Shown here: positions 61,512 through 64,000 of the stretch, piece after piece
How the letters are laid out: each line of letters begins with the position of its first letter
Position numbering within the stretch: the first letter of the stretch is position 1
Assembly: GCA_036867785.1 (NCBI GenBank)
Contig: CP145425.1
Coordinates: 248,001-312,000, forward strand
DNA length: 64,000 bases
Direction of reading: 5' to 3'
Source of the DNA: Plasmodiophora brassicae
Taxonomy: Eukaryota
Notes under the pieces: generated by a model
Told to the model about the DNA's origin: nothing
Databases searched by the model: none
The model's input: the letters and a program-made list of their open reading frames with translations, nothing else
Position numbers and translations under genes: made by a program

Positions 61512-61868
61512 CTTGACCTGTGAAATACATTTGTCCGTCACATCTGCCCCCCGATATCGTATTGTATAGTGGCCCTATCAGACGATCCCTCCGATCTGAC
61601 TGGCATGGGGCATCGGGACGCGTATGTTGCTGCTCCCATCGGTGCTGGACCGGGATTACTCCCTCTGTCGGTTTGTTCGTGGGTGTGGTGACGCATTTTG
61701 CAGGCACTGTGTGGGCCCGAGAGCGAGCCGCTGTGACTGCCCGTCGTCGTTTGGACGCGGCTCGGAAAAACACAGCAAAGGCCATCGGCGGTGTCGACAA
61801 ATCGTGTGTCGGTAGAGAGCTCCCGAAAGAGGCAGCTGCGGTGAGCAGTTGGTGACGGTTGCGGCGCC

Positions 61869-62285
61869 ATGGTCAACATGTTCACCAAATGGATGAGCCA
61901 TCCCGAGGTGCCTGGCCGGGTGTCGACGCGTGTGGCGGCGTGCTGATGGGTGCGTACAGACCTGGCCGATCTTCGGCCTGGCCGGCGGTGCGCTCTGCCT
62001 GGGCACCTTTATGCTGTTCCGAACGGCAACGTTTGCTCCCGATGTCCAGTGCGTTTCGAATACGCCATTGCCGTCGATGTTGCCAGTGACTTTGCGCCAT
62101 ACAGCATCAACCGCGAGGCTCGGGACCAAATTGTTCGGAACAATGTCGAGGAAGGTCAACAGTACTTCGACCATCCGCTTCGCCAGCGGCTGAAGCACGC
62201 CAGCAAGAGCCTGTTCGGCGACTTGAACGAGCGCATGAGCCGACCGGACGCGGAAGCGCCCAAGAAGAAGCACGCCGACCACTAA
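61869..62285 (+). CDS. NDUFA4/B12D (COXFA4)-like protein B
   Basis: Spliced: MVNMFTKWMSHPE|TWPIFGLAGGALCLGTFMLFRTATFAPDVH|INREAR..EEGQQYFDHPLR, a typical B12D pattern. Confidence 0.85.
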
Positions 62286-62427
62286 GACGACTTCTACCTC
62301 CCAGGTGGGCGCGACCAGCAGGTCGCGCCCTCGGCAGTAAATCGGTCACGATTCTCGACGCCGCTAGCTGACAATCGTAGCCATAGGTGCCTGAATGGCA
62401 TATGCAATCTCTTTCCAATGTTGCTAG

Positions 62428-62721
62428 TTACGGCTGCGTCGTCGGCGTCTGCTGGCTTGACAAGCGACCATCAGCCCTGCCCGGTATCAGATAGTCTAGG
62501 ACGGGGTCGGGCGCCCCGACCCACTCCAGAAACCGGAAGGACCACGGCTCTGGGATGATGGCCAACGACGCCGGGTACGGCGGGTGCTTGCGGACGAAGA
62601 TCCAGATTGCAAACGGCGAACACACGCCTGTCGCCACGGTCGCGATCCCTATCTTGGTCCGCACGTGCTGCGGCATCGAATGGGGATACATCCAGTACTG
62701 CAACAGCCTAGCGCGCCACAT
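62428..62721 (-). CDS. Small single-TM hypothetical protein
   Basis: 97-aa intronless ORF with TM KIGIATVATGVCSPFAIWIFVRK. Confidence 0.5.
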   Translation of the reverse strand: MWRARLLQYWMYPHSMPQHVRTKIGIATVATGVCSPFAIWIFVRKHPPYPASLAIIPEPWSFRFLEWVGAPDPVLDYLIPGRADGRLSSQQTPTTQP

Positions 62722-63012
62722 CGCGCCTCGCTCGACCGCTGTGAATACCTGGCGGAACGCGTCGGTCCGCCGGATTCCGATACCCAGTTCCTGTCGCCGA
62801 AAGAGGGCGCTCGGCTGGTGGTACCATTTCGGGGCACTACTTACGCCGAGACAGTGCTGTCAACTGCAGAGCTGCAATTACAGCTCCGTAGTTGACGAAC
62901 CGGACAGGCACGTTGTTCACTGGTCTGGACTGGTCTGGACCGGATGAGCTCTCAAGTAGTCCGCAAAACGGGGCGGTGGCGGTGGCGGCGGTTGCACCTA
63001 TTTCGATGCCCA

Positions 63013-63557
63013 ATGCTAACGGCTGTTCTGCGTCGATGTCGAGGGCGTGCGTGGGTGTCGCCCGCGGTGCTGTATAGGGGCCTGTCGGATGAAGCAGCGC
63101 GACGTCGACCTCGTGCACCTAGGCCGGACCCGTTGGTGATCACGGAGCGGGCCGCCCAGCGTCTGGAGGACCTGCTCCGGAGTCGTTCCGATTCGTATGC
63201 GGCGTGTGGGCGACATCAGGGCGCGTCTGATGGTTGAATTAGGCTCGGTGTGCGGATTGGGATCATTCGACGCGGGTGCAATGGGCAATCGTACACGATG
63301 AAATACGCGAACGAGATTGCGCCAACGGACGAAGTCGTCAAGCAGCATGGTAAGGCGGCCAAGGTGCCAACGTGCACGTGGATCGAACCTCATATCCGAC
63401 ATTGACAGGCGTCACTGTTCTCGTTGATGGCAAGGCCCTCATGTTCCTTGTGGGGACCACAATGGACTTTGTCGAAGACGACCTCAAGGCTGAATTTGTA
63501 TTCAACAACCCAAACGTCAAAGGCATGTGTGGATGTGGGGAGAGCTGGTCCTTCTAA
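63013..63557 (+). CDS. ISCA1: Mitochondrial iron-sulfur cluster assembly protein, IscA family
   Basis: Presequence-like [72 protein letters not shown]. Confidence 0.93.
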
Positions 63558-64000
63558 GATCCAGTCGGGTGTTCATCTGTCCTCTCCTGCACTTCCCTCT
63601 ACCTTATATATGTAGCTCACGGTATAGACCACTGACATGTCAACCCGGTTTTGCTTATTGTACACGCTGCCATGCATCACTGCATTGCCGGTCGAATCGT
63701 CGCAAGCTGCTACTGTAGAGGCTGTCGTATTCCAGCGGGCGTAGGACGATACGTGCCGTTAGCGACCCACTGTGTCGCTCGTCAGGTTTTCCGACGCGTA
63801 TTCTATTTCGACGCGGAACTCCGTTGGATTGCAGTGACTGCCCAGTGGCCCGTGTGCGTCGTGTGGTTCGTCTCGTGACAGCGGGCAGGGGCATGTCGGA
63901 TCTGCCAGTGACGGACGCCGAGCTGGCAGAGGCGTACGGGTTCCACCTGCCGTCGTGCAGCGGTCCGCTCGTGGTCGCTGTGCAGCGCGTTCTGCACTGA

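Noticed and set aside
63650-64000. Possible small plus-strand gene ending at 64000
   Set aside because: Short, has no motif and sits at the window edge; it cannot be supported.

Overview
Compact, GC-rich eukaryotic DNA with many short (about 45-75 nt) GT-AG introns. Gene style and content (signal peptide + SKP1-like + ankyrin protein, flagellar genes) suggest a phytomyxid protist such as Plasmodiophora; this is inference. About 27 intron-split genes can be read by hand: SKP1/ankyrin, WD40, an outer-dynein-arm docking-like protein, BRCA1-like, a secreted MYND finger, Gemin7, ENKD1, a longin/roadblock-like protein, CaMKK-like kinase, MEF2-type MADS factor, FANCJ, two tandem RRM-terminal nucleotidyltransferases, fatty alcohol oxidase, an FGD-like RhoGEF, RTEL1, THNSL1, a lipase, a His-rich secreted protein, V-ATPase subunit a and ISCA1. 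A decayed transposon island (MULE-like, Ty3/Gypsy, pogo-like) lies at about 41.2-48.2 kb and a Copia remnant at about 50.7-53.5 kb. Top leads: (1) a 2.3 kb cluster of duplicated cytochrome c oxidase accessory subunits (two COX6C/Cox9-like, two NDUFA4/B12D-like), visible only after manual splicing; (2) the tandem TUTase-like pair, both with Asp where Cid1/TUT1 have the UTP-selecting His; (3) an 8-exon secreted His/Asp-rich protein. Exon boundaries and family assignments come from reading the sequence and recalled motifs; no database search was run.
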